DNA of 64,000 nt, from NCBI GenBank assembly GCA_002269645.1, contig NIVC01002504.1, positions 62,001 to 126,000 on the forward strand, written 5' to 3'. Under the pieces are notes generated by a model. The model made no database searches, was not told the origin of the DNA, and worked only from the letters and a program-made list of their open reading frames with translations. Both the position numbers and the translations under genes were made by a program. This stretch comes from Macrostomum lignano. Its lineage: Eukaryota. This document shows positions 48,091-61,309 of the stretch, piece after piece (the first letter of the stretch is position 1; each line of letters starts with the position of its first letter).

Positions 48091-49276
48091 TTCGTTGACC
48101 CCGCAATTCATATTTATCATGTTTATTTATTATTTATTATTTATTATTTTTTATATTATTTATCATATTTATTCACACATATTTAATCTCTTTAAATGCA
48201 ATGTACAATTGCTCGCTAAACCATCGCCATCCACGCCATGCAATCCACGCCATGCACGCCTTGCATGCCAAAGTGTATGCCAACCCCTTAAAATATATAC
48301 CAATGCACGCCATGCATGCCAGCTGAAAGCAAATGCACGCCGGAAAATTCAGGCGTGCACTACATGATCCGGACTTTAGGTGCCAAGTAGATACATACCA
48401 GTGCCAAGTAAATGCACACCAGTGCCAAGTAGATATACACCAGTGCCAAGTAGATGCACACCAGTGCCAAGTAGATGCACGCTAATGCCAAGCAAATGCA
48501 TGTCAAACTAATATATTACAGAAAAAACACAACTTTTTGTTTAAAAAATGCTTTTCAAAAAACAAAACTTAAAAATTTTGTAGCATGCAAATATATAACA
48601 TTTCTTTTTGGCACATTAAAATTTACTTGTCATTTTGCAATAAAAATAAGTATGAATTCTTGTCTTTATAAGACCATGTCTTTTCACAAACTTTTGTCTC
48701 AACAAAACATGCCTTACTATCATGCCAGGCCATATTTTATATCAGCTATTCCATGCCATAGCATGCCAATATGCCACTTTTAGTATGTAATACCTAAATA
48801 CATGCCAATGCATGTCATAATTTTTAGGCCAAATTAAATGCGTGCTTAGAATTTTCTAGCATGATATATGCTTTCTAGAGTATAGCTTGCAGACCTACAC
48901 AACAAAGATATGTTTGGATATGTAGTTGCAATATTTGTTTTAGGTATCCATGCAATATATGAAATACATGTTTTTGTGGTTGCAGTTACATATCTATCTT
49001 GTTTCTGAAATGTACCCAAGATATGTAATAGATACATTGCTTTATCCCTTATATGTACCTTATTAGCTGTTATTTCTATCCTTTTTTCACTTTTTACTCA
49101 GCTCACAATTCCCAAATGCAGCCTCAGAATGAATGCTAGTTCATCCTAGTGCACATATGAATCTATAAAAAGTAAACTCAACACAAAAACTTATTCAAAT
49201 TTATTCAAAACTTACATTAAACTATAGTATGTCAAAAGCTGGCACTTATAGATGCCATATAAATAATTAAATTTAT

Positions 49277-52200
49277 ACGGAATTGGAATTGCTGGAATTG
49301 CTTTGACCCAGCGGGAGTACAAGTCCACGATATTTAGTAAATACCGCAGCTGGGGTACGGCTGTTTCGATTGGGTCCGGCACTGGGAGCGGTCCGACTAA
49401 ATCCATGTGGACCATTGTGAAACGCTGTATAGGTGCATGCATGTGGTGCAGTGGTTGGCAAACATGACAACCGATTTTCGCTGATTGACATTGTGTGCAT
49501 TCTGCTGTCCAGCGCTATATGTCTGACTTCATGCATGACCAGAAAAAATGATGGGCGACTAAACGCAGCATGGCCTTCACGCCTGGATAGGCGATGTAGT
49601 GCAGTGCTTGTACAATCTGACGGCGCACGTGCTCTGGTATGAACGGTTGCAGGTTTGGTTTCAAAGTTTCGCAGTACATCGGACAATCTGATAACCTGGC
49701 GTCGAATGGGCGGTAACGGTCACCGCTCGTGAGCCCCGCTTCTCGCTGTGCCTTGGCAATCGCAGAGAGATCTGCGGGCAACTGCAATGTGTGCACGTCT
49801 TCCGATTAGACAGTGTTCACTGTATGCTTGCCAGGTTTGACGATGTCACGAGATAAGGTATCAGTGATCATGTTCTTAGCTCCTATTCTGAGATCACATA
49901 TTCTGAGATGGTGGCCAACTGGCGCTGCTGCCGATCAGATAGGCGCTGCTTATTGCTATTGAATGCACCGACTAACGGCTTGTGGTTGCTAAACACGGCT
50001 GTGGGCTGGCTGTGAATGATGTGTCGCCAGGTCTTGATGGCAGCAAACACGCCTAGAAGTTACGGTCGAACGCGCTATATGCAATTTCCGCTTTGGTGAG
50101 CTTCTGTGAATAGAACGCAATGGGGACTGAATCACCGTCTATATTCTGGTGTAAACTGGCGCCCAATGCGAACGAGCTGGCGTCCAATGTGATGGTGAAT
50201 GAACCAGTTGGGGTCGGGTCTGTCGGGAAGGCGAGAGTCACTGCTGCCGCTAGGCTATCCAAGAGCTTTCGGAAGGCGGAATCATGTTCTGCTTGTCAAT
50301 GATAATCAATTTCGGTGAGCAATCGCAGCGGTTGCATAATGCTTGCGTATTTCGGAATGTGGCGCTGGTAGAAACCAAACATGCCAAGAACGCGCTGAAG
50401 GCTCTTGAAGTCTGCTGGAGATGACAGCTGTCGCAGCGCTTCCACGCGGGATGGTAGTGGCTAACTCCGTCTCGATGCTAAAAAACCGTCTCCTTCCAAA
50501 AAACTTGATGCTACTCTGAAAAAACTGGCATTTTGTGGGTTGAACTCGGAGCCCCTCTTTGTGTAGGCGTTGCAGCACGATCTGAATGTCGTTGTGATGG
50601 TCTGCCTCTGACTTGCTGTGAATCAGTATATCGTCAGCGTATGTGATGACACAGATCAAGTCTCAAAACAGCGAATCGATGAAGCGTTGAAATGTGCTGC
50701 CGGCATTGCGCAACCCGAATGGCGTCCGGACGTATTCAAAAGAGCTGAATGGCATGCAGATTGCTATTTTCGAAATATCCTCCTCGGTATGAAATGGTAG
50801 GCCTTGACCAAGTCCAATTTGCTAAAACACGCTGTTGCTACGAAGTTGGTGGTAAAAATGCCGGATATGCAGAAGTGCGTACCTATTGGCCACCGTCATG
50901 CTGTTCAGAGCGCAGTAGTCCCCACAGGGTCTCCACAATCCGACGGCCTTCTTGACCATCTGGAGTGGTGATGCCCAAGGGCTGCAGGACGGGCGGACAA
51001 TGTCCATCTGTACGAGCTTGTCAAATTCTGCCTTGGCCACCTCGTACTTTGCAGGCGAGAGGGCGCGGCTTGCAGTAGACTGGTTCGCCTGACGTGATGA
51101 TGCGATGCTGCACCGGAGTTGCTGGCAGGATTGAGTGATCCGCAGCTTCGATCAGCCCGGGATATTTGTCAAAAATTGCACTACCGTCGACGTCGGATAC
51201 CACGTGGATTGACGGTGGTCGAAACTCTTGCTTGGCATCGAAATTGAGCGGCGCAACCAGCAAAGTCAGGGGATCTCGAAAGCACTTGGCTCCCATGTCG
51301 ATGGAAAGTTCATAATGAACCAAAAAATCCAATCCAAGAATGGGGGCTGTGTCTGCGACAATGAAGTTGAATTGAAAGGTGCAGCGTAAACCTTTTAACG
51401 AAAACAAAGCATTGCAATGCCCGTGGGTGCGGACTTTGTGCCCACTGCCCCCGCGAAGCTGAACGTTACAGGGGGTGCTGAGGTTAAACGGGACAAAACA
51501 CGGAGGCAATAAGAATTTTTCTGCCCCAGTGTCAACGAGGAATGAAACAGACAAACTTAGTATTTGAGCGCAAACGATAGGTGTGCAGGCCTGTACGTTG
51601 TTATGGCCTGGCCGCAGTACATGACTTACGTACTTGTTTGGGGTCGGCAAAGCCATGCGAGACTAGGCGGGTGTCGACTGACCTTGTCGGAGTATGTTCG
51701 ATGGCTTTGGACCTGGCCACTTGCACCAGGGTCGGCAAGTTCGAAGCTCTGTCAACATAGTAGATGTGCACATTGCAGACGAGTGGTTGCTGCCGTCGGC
51801 GAGGCTAGGCGTCGTGAGCCGGAGGGTCAGGTCGCCGGGAGAAATGCCGGGCCAGTTGCTGCTCTGCATTAGCAGCAGTGGACAACTGATTGATGTCGGC
51901 GAATGGTGAGGGTCGACTGGCAACTGCAAGCATGCTGTCCGCAATCTTGGCAAAATCCTCCAGCGGGCTTGTGCTCATGTCCGACGAGTGCGGAGCGAAT
52001 GTGGGGCAGCAACGCAGAGATAAGGCGTGACTTGACTATGGCGTCGTCAACTTTCAGGCTGACCTCGGTAAATTGGCGTTTTATTTCATTGACAAATTGG
52101 CTTGGTCTCCGATTGCCAAGTTCCATGGCAGAAAGGGCTTCCTCGATTAGCTGATGCCGATTAGCGCGCAGTCCATCGCCCACCGCCTTCTTTAACGCAT

Positions 52201-52450
52201 CGTAGTCGTTGCCGTTGAGGTTGAGTTTGCATGTAATATCCTCTGGGAGGGTTGCTAAGGCATAATGGTATTTGGTGTAGATGCTAGTAAGGTTGGCGAG
52301 CGCAAATTGTGACTCCAGCTGATTAAACCAGGTCTTTGGTGACTTCCTGTAAAAAAACAGGTGGTCAAACCGTTACACGGTTGAGCTCGTTGTGCTGCGT
52401 TGGAAGCAATGGCTGTTCTTGTTGTTGTGTTTGCTGCTTGTGGGCACTCA
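49277..52450 (-). mobile_element. Heavily decayed Ty3/Gypsy element (gag-PR-RT-RH-IN 5' half); LTRs not identified
   Basis: Gag KTWFNQLESQF and LGNRRPSQ; PR FLVDTGA; RT SPWASP..DY..LN and YADD; RH LDASSFALGA; IN VHMDLVGPLP, truncated at ~49277. Confidence 0.9.
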
Positions 52451-53039
52451 AAAGAAAGTACTTTTATTAATTGCAGGGACAGTGGGAAACAAGGCGCTAC
52501 AAATTTAAGTGAAAAATAAAAATTTGTATTCAATATGCTATTGGTTGATTGGTGAAAATAGAACATACTTTATTAACACCGTCAAAACAATTCAGTAGTT
52601 TCAATTCAATTCAATTCATTATAACAATGCATTGTATGCAATTAGCATATACCAAAAAGATGGGAAAACTAACATAGCGAAATCCAAAAACGTGGGGTAA
52701 AACGGTAAAACAAATTTGCGGACATTCGATGGAAGATAATTTATCTAAAAAGCTTTTTGTACTATTGTTTTCATGCTTTACATTGCTGAATAAATGAGTA
52801 AAAAACCACAAAAAAAGCATTTTAAAAGTTTGAGTTGACCAATTTGCAATTGTTTGTTTCACTTTTTTAATTTACAAACAATTAATTTTAAGACTTGTAG
52901 ACCTTGGAGTAGGCTAATTTTTTCACTACTTACAAAACAAAAAGTATTCTGTGTTTTACTTTGTATTTTATTCAAAAAATGAAGAATTTCTAAGGATTTC
53001 CAAGTTTTTCTAAAACCACATAAACTGGCCGGCACCACA

Positions 53040-55970
53040 TCCCGTCATCACCAACGAGCTGTCAAGCAATCAGTGTGCCAGTCCCTGTGTCCCTGTGTGC
53101 CAGGACGGGCCGTTCTGACTCGGTCCGGGTGACAATCGCCGTGTTGTGCCCAGCTTGCACGACGAACTCGGAGAGTTCTGGCCGTGCGCTTTGGCGAGCT
53201 TGGTTAACGATAGGGGCGTCCGTCTCAAAGGTCAGCGTCAACGGGCTTCTCAGTTGCCGACCCATCAGCGCCGAGGGGCTGCCTCGGCCGTCACTACGTG
53301 GAGTCGCTCGGTAGTTCAGCGTGAGCTTAGCCAGGTATGCGTCAAACTGTCCTTGATGAGCTACAAACGCTTTGAGTCCTCGCTTTACAGGCTGCAACAT
53401 CCGCTCGGCGCAGCCATTGGACTGCGGGTGGTACGGCGACGTGAAGAGCTGATTGTAGCCGAACCGCTCCAGCCAGCCTTTAACCACGAGAAGACTGATG
53501 GTAAGCAGTGCTTACCATGGCCCAACTCAACTTTCTGCCGACCAGAGTAATTTAAATTCTATGGCTAAATTGGTAGTATCCGTTCTTGCCGGATATGGTA
53601 AGCACTGCTTACCATGAGTATTCTAGGTTTTCTTGTTTTCTGACAATTATAGGCTTTGTATTCTACATTCTCAATTGTTTCCTCAGTAACGTTCCTTTGT
53701 GCTTTGGTTCAAAAACACACGTTTTGTTCGAAGAGGCTTCAATAAAGTTTGAAATCGAATTTACTAATAACAGAGTTAAACAACAAAAACGAGAATGAAA
53801 AACCTGATAATATTCTGGCTGATCGAACTTACTGCGCATACAGAGCGTACGGCTCGTGCACTACAGAAACTATAACTAGTGAAACTAATATAAATTATCA
53901 AGAGTTGTGAACTAATTTGAGCTAAAGACAAGAGCCAAAAACAGTAAACAGAAAGGATGAAAACTTTAGTTTTAGCGGAAAGTGAGTCCATTCTGCCGAT
54001 GCTCGTACTTTAACGCTGCGAATGCCAGCGTTGGAAGCAATCTAACAAACAAAGTCCCGGGCATCCTGGACATCGGCTGCAGAAATAAACTGTGCGCCGG
54101 GAACTGGCAGAACTGTAGCACATTCTGCACCTTTTCGTTGGTCTGGGCTGGGTAGAACGACCTGGGATTTTCTCCGGAAAATGCTGCTCAGGGACTGCAA
54201 CTGTTTGCAGCATGGAAGCCGGTCGCTTCCTGCCATTTCCAGTTCGCTCTATCAAATCACGGATGCTGGCTTCGAGATATCTGATAAAAGTATTCTGGCC
54301 ACCACACTTGCAGTACAGAACCCAAGCGTTGCGCACCATTTGAAGGCACATATGCAAACCCAGCTTGTGGAACCATTTTTTTGTTTTTCTGCCGGCTGCA
54401 GGGTGCCGTCCAGCGTGTCCACTCCACCCATGCAGCGATTGTAAGTTATCACACTGCGGCTCTTCTGCACTGCCACATGCTGACCAGCTCGATTGATCTT
54501 GACTTTCTCTGCCTTTGACGCAACGTCCTTCGTGTCCAGCAAATACAAGGTCTTGAATCCACTCTGCTTTCTCTCGACAGCCTTCACAATCAGAACACGT
54601 CCCTTCCTCGCAAAAGCTACATTATTCAGAACCACTAAAGCCTGCCGAAGCTGAGCCGGAACTCCTCGGTCTGGCCTCACGGTGCCCGTCAAGAACGTTG
54701 AATGGTCGATAAGGAACTGGGACAACCTGTATGATGTAAACCAGGTGTCAATTGAGGCCAGCAGTTCTGGTAAATTCAAAACATTCTGTCCCTTCATCGG
54801 ACCCAGGCTCGACAAGTCGCCAAACATTCTCAACTTCAGCAGCATCACCATCTGCAAACTCCTGTTCTTCCTTGCCGTCAGGCCCTTCTATGGTTGGAGG
54901 ATTGCCATCCAGTGCTTCTTCGCCAACCTCCTCGCCAGGCTCCTCGTCTATTGTTAAGTAGGAGTCGAGGCTTGCTTCACTGTCAGAGGTCATGTAGTCG
55001 ATCTCAGAGGCAGAAGCCATGTACTTTAGGATATCAGTGAGTAAATACTGTGTCAAATTTAGCGAGAAAAGGCTAACAAACAAGATGGTAAGAGTGTTAC
55101 TGTAAGAAAGCTAGTTTTACTACAAAGGGGACTTGCTGTCTGAGCACAGATTTCTATGGTAAGCAGCGCATACCAAGCAGGCAGCAAGTGAAACTGTTTT
55201 ATTGGCTAAAGCAGTAGTGCTGTTCATTTCCTTCCCGTCTAGCGCGTCAGTTTGAGCCAAGCTGGATCAGTAAGCCTAGCCGGCAGGAATGGAAGTGACA
55301 TGCTATGCCAGAAAATATCTATGGTAAGCACTGCTTACCAAGCAGACGGGAACAGACAAATTATGGATTCTGGTTAGGCAGGAAGAGGTTAAGCCCCTGA
55401 TCGTGGAACTCTGGTGCGTTGTCAGACACCAGAGTGTGCGGTACGCCTAGCCTCACGAAGATGGCCCGTAGAACTCGAATCACTGTCCTCGCGCTCTTGT
55501 CTGCCACGTGTACGGCTTCCGGCCAGCCAGAGAAAGCGTCAACCAGCACCAGGATCAGGCTGACCCCCGACACGTGAGCATTGTGTGTGTGCACCCGCTT
55601 TTAAGGCGTCTCCTCGATAGGCCACGTGTGCACCGTGCGATTGGGCAGTGGTTGGATCCCCGCACATGTGCACTGCTTCACAAATGGTCCTACACCATGT
55701 TCAGCGTTCAGCTCTGTCTGGACGACCTTCGGAACCTTCAACGGAGTGCCACCATCTGTAACTCTCCAATTTAAAATGGTGCAAAAGCATTGTATATTAT
55801 GCAAACATGCCTGGTTTGGTGCCTTGATAGAAAAAAAGGATGTTGGCGGTTTCAGCTCGTCGGGGCCGCGTGGTGGCACTGCTTTAAATGTCCTGAAGGT
55901 CGCCTGTATGTCCACAGGTCAGCCTAGAGGAATGAATCGTCTGTTTAATTCACCGATTATGTCTACTGAC
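53040..55970 (-). pseudogene. Mag-like Gypsy integrase relic split by a piggyBac insertion
   Basis: LVDAFSGWPEA..VSDNAPEFHDQGL (55389 upward) joins KGWLERFGYNQLFTSPYHPQSNGCAER (53483 downward) in frame when the insert and one TTAA are removed. Confidence 0.9.
53484..55388 (-). mobile_element. piggyBac-family internal-deletion derivative (1905 bp)
   Basis: TTAA TSD at 53480..53483 and 55389..55392; acidic N-terminus, DTWFTS, YNRCMGGVDTLD, C-terminal Cys-rich domain (RCRMC..FCSRC..LC..CF..WH); the region with the first catalytic Asp is missing. Confidence 0.93.
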
Positions 55971-58264
55971 TGAATGCTGCGTGCAGAAGAGGATTATTCC
56001 ATTTCAGTTTTAGGAACGCAGCCGTCTCTGAGATGCCAATCAGGTGCTTTTGTTGAAGGTCCCGACGGTCGCCGCCAATGCTTTAGACTGTAATGAAGGG
56101 GACCCTGGTTCCTGGGATACTGAGAAGAAAAGCCTCTACGACTGATATGCATAGTTTTTTGAGGCAAAGTTAGCAGAAAAAATTAGCCATTGTTGGTGGT
56201 TTTTGCCACGACACCCCGAGGAGAACCGTTGAATATCTCGACGATGCCGATTTTTCGTGATTCTTAAAGTTGATTCATCGAATAGAGCGGAAAATGTTAG
56301 CCCGTGTTCTGGATTTTCATGGCAATTGGTTACATCTTTTTGGAGATCCAGACAAAGGAAAAATGCAGTGTGTATTTGAAATACACCCTATGGTATTTCT
56401 ACTGTTAAACAATTCAAGTGTAAAAATTACTTACAGGCTAAGTCCCGTCAATTACTAAAACAGTGGAATGCCTATATTTACCAGTATTTTTAGGATAAAT
56501 AGTTGGATGAATACGAGACATTGTATGGTTATCTGTGGCAGACTCGTAAAATAGTACGGTTCGTCGCAGCTTATCTGAAAATTTCACCTGGCTGTTTAAT
56601 TCAGCAAGTCCTATCACGTTGATTAGCTGCTTCTGCATAAATGTCATTCTGTCCAAAGCAACGCTATATCCTGTAATTTAGAGCCAGCTTTCCTATCCTA
56701 TTCCAGGTTCGCTTACAGAGATTTTGATATAAGAAAAGGTGGGCTTTGGGGCCTCGCTTTTTTACTCATGCTTAGAGTTCGGATACCACTCCACTAGGAA
56801 AATTCTACACATCTGGCTACACATATGGCCCGATCGGGGCAGGCATAATTATTTATTTTTCATTATTCGAAAAGAGTCTGTAAAGATAGGTAAAGATTGC
56901 TGTCGGCTTCACATCTGTCTCAATTTTAGGATGGACCGCAACTGTCCATCCTAAACCGCTCGTGCGAACCGCTCCTTCTGAGATGAATTTATTCTAGGCT
57001 GCTCTACAGATTCTAGATTTTTAGTTTCAGGTTCCTGATATTCGATATTCATGTTCACTTTGGGCCGAAAACAAGACAGTTTCTATTTGATCAATCAACT
57101 AGGAAGATTGAAAAGTAATATCATTTAAAAACAATGCAAGTGGCCACAAAATTTATCATGCAACTGTAATATTTCCTGAATTCGTCCGTACTCATAAGAG
57201 AATTAATTATTTGGATATTTTTCGATATATTTTATGCAACCTTAGATAGGAAGTGCTTATTAAATAGCCCGCATAAGATTTAACAGTTATTAAAAATTGC
57301 TTTACGAACTGTAGTACCTATTTAGCATTACCATTACGAGTATTTTAAGGAAAAGTGATACTGTAAAATACTTTAATTCATAGGCATAGGAACTGCTAGT
57401 TAAGTAGTCTGCTAGTTATAAATTTGGCCCTGGCCCCTAGCTCGTACATATCTCGAAACCGATAGGAAATTGCGTTCGCCACGGCACGGCTCCGGCAACT
57501 GAAAATAATAACGGAAATTGAAGAGTTTCAAAGTAGCATGTGAAAGAGTTGGAGACAGGGAAAGATTGAGGTCCCAAAAGTGCAAAGTAACAGGTGAAAG
57601 ACTTGGAGAAAGGGAAAGATAGTGCACAAAAGTGCAAAGTAGCATGTTAAAGACTTGGAGACGGAAAGATTGAGCTGACAAAATGACATCATTTTTGCCT
57701 ACAAAATAAAGCAACAGTTGGTCTGCATCGCGCGCATTGTTCAATAGTTGGCTTTTAGTGCTAAGAGCTAAAGAGCTAAGAGCTAAAGCTTAAAACCTCA
57801 CGGTGCCTTCTGAAAATTGGCATAATTTATGCCAGAGATGAGAGATATATTCTGTAGAGTTGAAAATCAAATACATGTATGTCTATAAAATAATAGATCA
57901 AGTGTTTAAAACAACGAAACGGTCATATGAAACTTGCGTCTAGCATACTTCGTAGGAAATATAAACCATATACTCGTAAATGGATTAGTAGTATTCTGTA
58001 GGCTGCTGAACTCGATGCTTGGACAAGATGGGCGAAAACTAATGGCGATTAATTTGCTCAAGAATGAAACTAAGCTTCCGTTATTTGTCACACCCCTCCA
58101 CTAGAGTGCCTACTACTCGTAGTATGTATCTGTAAGTTCGTGATAGCGGAATCCCAAAGTCGGTCGGTCGTACACCACCCAATTTCATCACTACACAATG
58201 CGCTTAAGCAAGCCACGAGATTCAATAATTCAGACAAAGTATTTAGCAAGGTGTCATGGTAAAG

Positions 58265-58320
58265 CAGGGGTAGGCAAACTCTGGCCTGCGAAGCCTCGCT
58301 ATCCGGCCCTCGGGTCCTTT
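58265..58320 (+). mobile_element. Orphan hAT (Charlie-type) terminus
   Basis: CAGGGGTAGGCAAACTCTGGCC..ATCCGGCCC; partner end not found. Confidence 0.5.
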
Positions 58321-59111
58321 GAAACTTCACAACAGCACAATAGCAATCCGGTTTGTGTCTTTTCTCAGATTTCTTCTCTGTAATCTCTCTCCTTTTCCTA
58401 TCTCTCTTCCTCTCTTCGGCAAGTGCCTGCGGCGCCAAAATGAAAACCTACGGCGCCAAAAGAGCGTTGACAGGCACGTTTACGCTAAGAAATAGATAAT
58501 TAAAATCTCGCTAATAATGACAACCTGAAATCCTTCAGGCTTTATGTTCCTCTCAGCCAGTCGACCTTTCACTTCCTCCAGGCTCAGAGGGCAGTAGAAT
58601 GCATGAGGGGGCTTCTGGGACAAAATTTTTCACGTCCTCCATAATCCTATTAAATCCATCTATATTATCCCCGACAGAATCAGAAAAAAGGGGGGTCGCA
58701 CTTGCTCCGAAAACTTCGAACATAATCCACCTAAATCCATCCATATTATCCCCGACAGAATCAGAAAAAAGGCTCAGCAATAAGAAAGACTCTTTTCTAT
58801 TTGAGAGAGCTCTTAGCTGAGCGTAGAATACGAGACTTCAACTGGCAGCCAAAGCGGCCTTTATATTATATTGAATATGACCGACGGCAACATGCCGCCT
58901 ACATTAGGAGTACAGCGCGATCAAACTTCAAGCTTTAGCATATAGAATAGAAAGATGCAACGTGCCGCGCGTGCACACTAAGTACGAGTACATTGGTAAT
59001 GAGTACACTAGATATTAAGTACGCAGATACGCAACGCGAGTCAGATATAGTTAGTGAGCGGCGGGCGGCGCCACAATAACTTTGCAGAAATCATTAGGCA
59101 ATTGTGATTTC

Positions 59112-59974
59112 TTACATTCTCTCAATGATCAACGTCAATACAAACTCTTCACCATTGAAATCAACACCCACCCCATCTTCAGTCTCAAACTGTTGCACAA
59201 TCTCGTGAATCTCCTTATTACTCAATACAACTCTTTTCACTGGATTTGGTTTCTCTACCAGCATCTGTCCTCCAGCAACAGAGTTAGAGATGTTGTACAA
59301 AATATTCGTTCGCTTTCCCTTAAATACCCAATCAAGACTGAGATTACTTCTGATTAGAATATTCAAACCCTTTACAATGTCTGCAATATTGGGTGCTAAG
59401 AACAAACCGCTTACATTTTCCCGGACCATGATAACGGCCCTGACGCTTGAGTGGCGGTCTGTGGCGCGGATTCTGCCTTATAAACTTTCTTCTCGAATCC
59501 CAATTCCCTATACCATGTATCATCTTTAAATTCCACCTCCGCATCTTTGTGAACTTGCATGACCACTCTCATTACAGTAAGATCATAGGATAGTTTGACA
59601 GGGAACAATTTTTTATCTGGCTTACTCGCATCAGGTGTCTCAAAATGGTCTCTTTTAGTAAAGACGTTTTCTAGAAAGTAATTGTTGGTATCCACACTTT
59701 GCGTGCTAACAGGGAATACCACAGGTTCTGCTGCTGCACTTTTCCATTTGTAATAAAACTTATTATTTGCTGCCGACACATTAGGAACGTTTGACCAACC
59801 AGTGAAGTCGTTAAGATAGACATGGTAATTTGCACCTGGATCCAGGCGAATCGCCTGCTCTAATTTTTGAACAAATATCCCGTTTGAGTCATTTATTCGC
59901 CCAGTTATTGTAATAGGAATGCTCTCCTTGGAGTGAGAAACAATATTATTTAGTCTTTCAGCAATCGCTTCCAT
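59112..59974 (-). pseudogene. Minor capsid protein (penton, single jelly-roll), one frameshift near 59430
   Basis: IRLDPGANYHVYL..SNVPNV..NNKFYY, ELGF, NILIRSNL..NILYNI..GQMLVEKP..IHEI..GVGVDFNGEEFVLTLII match Polinton mCP motifs. Confidence 0.82.
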
Positions 59975-59993
59975 TTTTTCACATAAAAAATAT

Positions 59994-61279
59994 TTAAACT
60001 TTACTGGATGAATTGTTGATCATGTTAAGCTTCACCTTCCTCTCAAATGCATAGACAATGTACAGGTCCACAGGTGTTGCGACAGTCCTCTCAATGTTAG
60101 TCACGATATTCACAGGGCTGTTATCAGTAGGCATTTGTCTGGCAGACACATCAGCTCCAAACATCGGATATAGAGTTCCGTATTGAAGAGCAGTGATATC
60201 AATTCCATTGTTCTCTTTCACAGCCAAGTCGACCAACTCGCTGTAAAATTTGCTGATCTTGTTCTGACTGAAATCTCCATTTTGTGGCAGTGCAGGGTAA
60301 AGATTATCACTGATTTCATGCTGAATGGACCGCTCGTCTCCATGCATGTAGCGTATAATGCTATTTGGGTTTCTCATGTTAATAATAATATACCTTGGAT
60401 TGCTGCATGATCCCTCTTTAATGCAGATGTTTGTTCTAGTTTCGTTTTGCTCATCTCGACACATGTAGGCCGTGTATGCAACATCAATGTCCTTCTCTAT
60501 TGCCTTGAGATAATCCGCTTTTAGTGCGGTCTTTGGCTCAATGACTTCCAAATACAGCTCGATTCCGGTTAGCTTCACCTCCATCCTAGTGTGGTCCGCT
60601 CCAGTCCACAACACTCTACTGCGATCATCTCTAGCAGTCTAAATGTGTAGCTAAAGTTACTAGTCAGTCGATTAAATGTATTACAGAATCCACTCATGAA
60701 TCTCAGTGGTACAAATACATCAACAGACCAATACTGTGGGTTCTTAGCAGCATCATCAGCACCTTGCAATGCATAGTTGTATCTCTTATTCCTCTTTTTT
60801 TAGCCACTGTCATTGGTGTCTTCTTCTTTTTCATCTGCAATAAAACCTGCACCACTTCCCAACTTAATAAAATCAGGATTCTCGATCAAACAATGAGCGT
60901 CATAGACAATTCCAAAGTTGGCGATTCGCTCCAGCTCAGTGCTCCCATTCGATACACTAAACTCCTTGAACATGTACGCCCAAAAGTTACTGATCAGAGC
61001 CACATCTGCATCATGCTTGTCAACGTTAGCACGAGCCGCATCCGCACCACCCTTTGTCTTGAATTGAAATGTCATATGGAAGCCGCTCTTAAGACTGTGC
61101 ACACTAACCAAAGACAAACATCCATTGTATGTAAGTGTCAGTGTTTGACCAGGACCAAGATTAGTTTCATTCTGATTTTCCTGACTGGGAACTCTTACCT
61201 GAGTCGCTTTGATTGTGCTATCATCACTCAAAATAGGCTTGTTAATTTTGTAGAAAACTGGTGTCAGTGGGTCGTTCAT
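59994..61279 (-). pseudogene. Major capsid protein (double jelly-roll), about 2 frameshifts
   Basis: DDSTIK..., NFWAYMFKEFSVSNGSTELE, SGLKKR (reconstructed), FVPLRFMSGF, NPRYIII, YP, YGTLYPMFGADVS, LYIVYAFER; ~430-codon span typical of Polinton MCP. Confidence 0.82.
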
Positions 61280-61309
61280 TTTTTAACTAAAAATAAAATA
61301 AAATAAGAA

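Larger units (their letters stand above)
38299..48380 (-). mobile_element. Candidate ~10-kb CACTA/EnSpm (CMC)-like DNA transposon
   Basis: Tnp2-like transposase plus a BEN accessory ORF on the minus strand; imperfect inverted ends CCATAGTCTGGATCATGT..CACGCCAGAAT (38299..38333) vs revcomp CCTAAAGTCCGGATCATGT..CACGCCTGAAT (48347..48380). Boundaries are inferred. Confidence 0.55.

Noticed and set aside
56200-56660. YLDD (plus strand) as DIRS RT, or LVIDGT (minus strand) as a Harbinger-type transposase
   Set aside because: Flanking motifs expected for either family are absent.
58088-58438. 116-aa ORF as a viral gene
   Set aside because: It runs antisense through a hAT terminus and has no recognisable motif.
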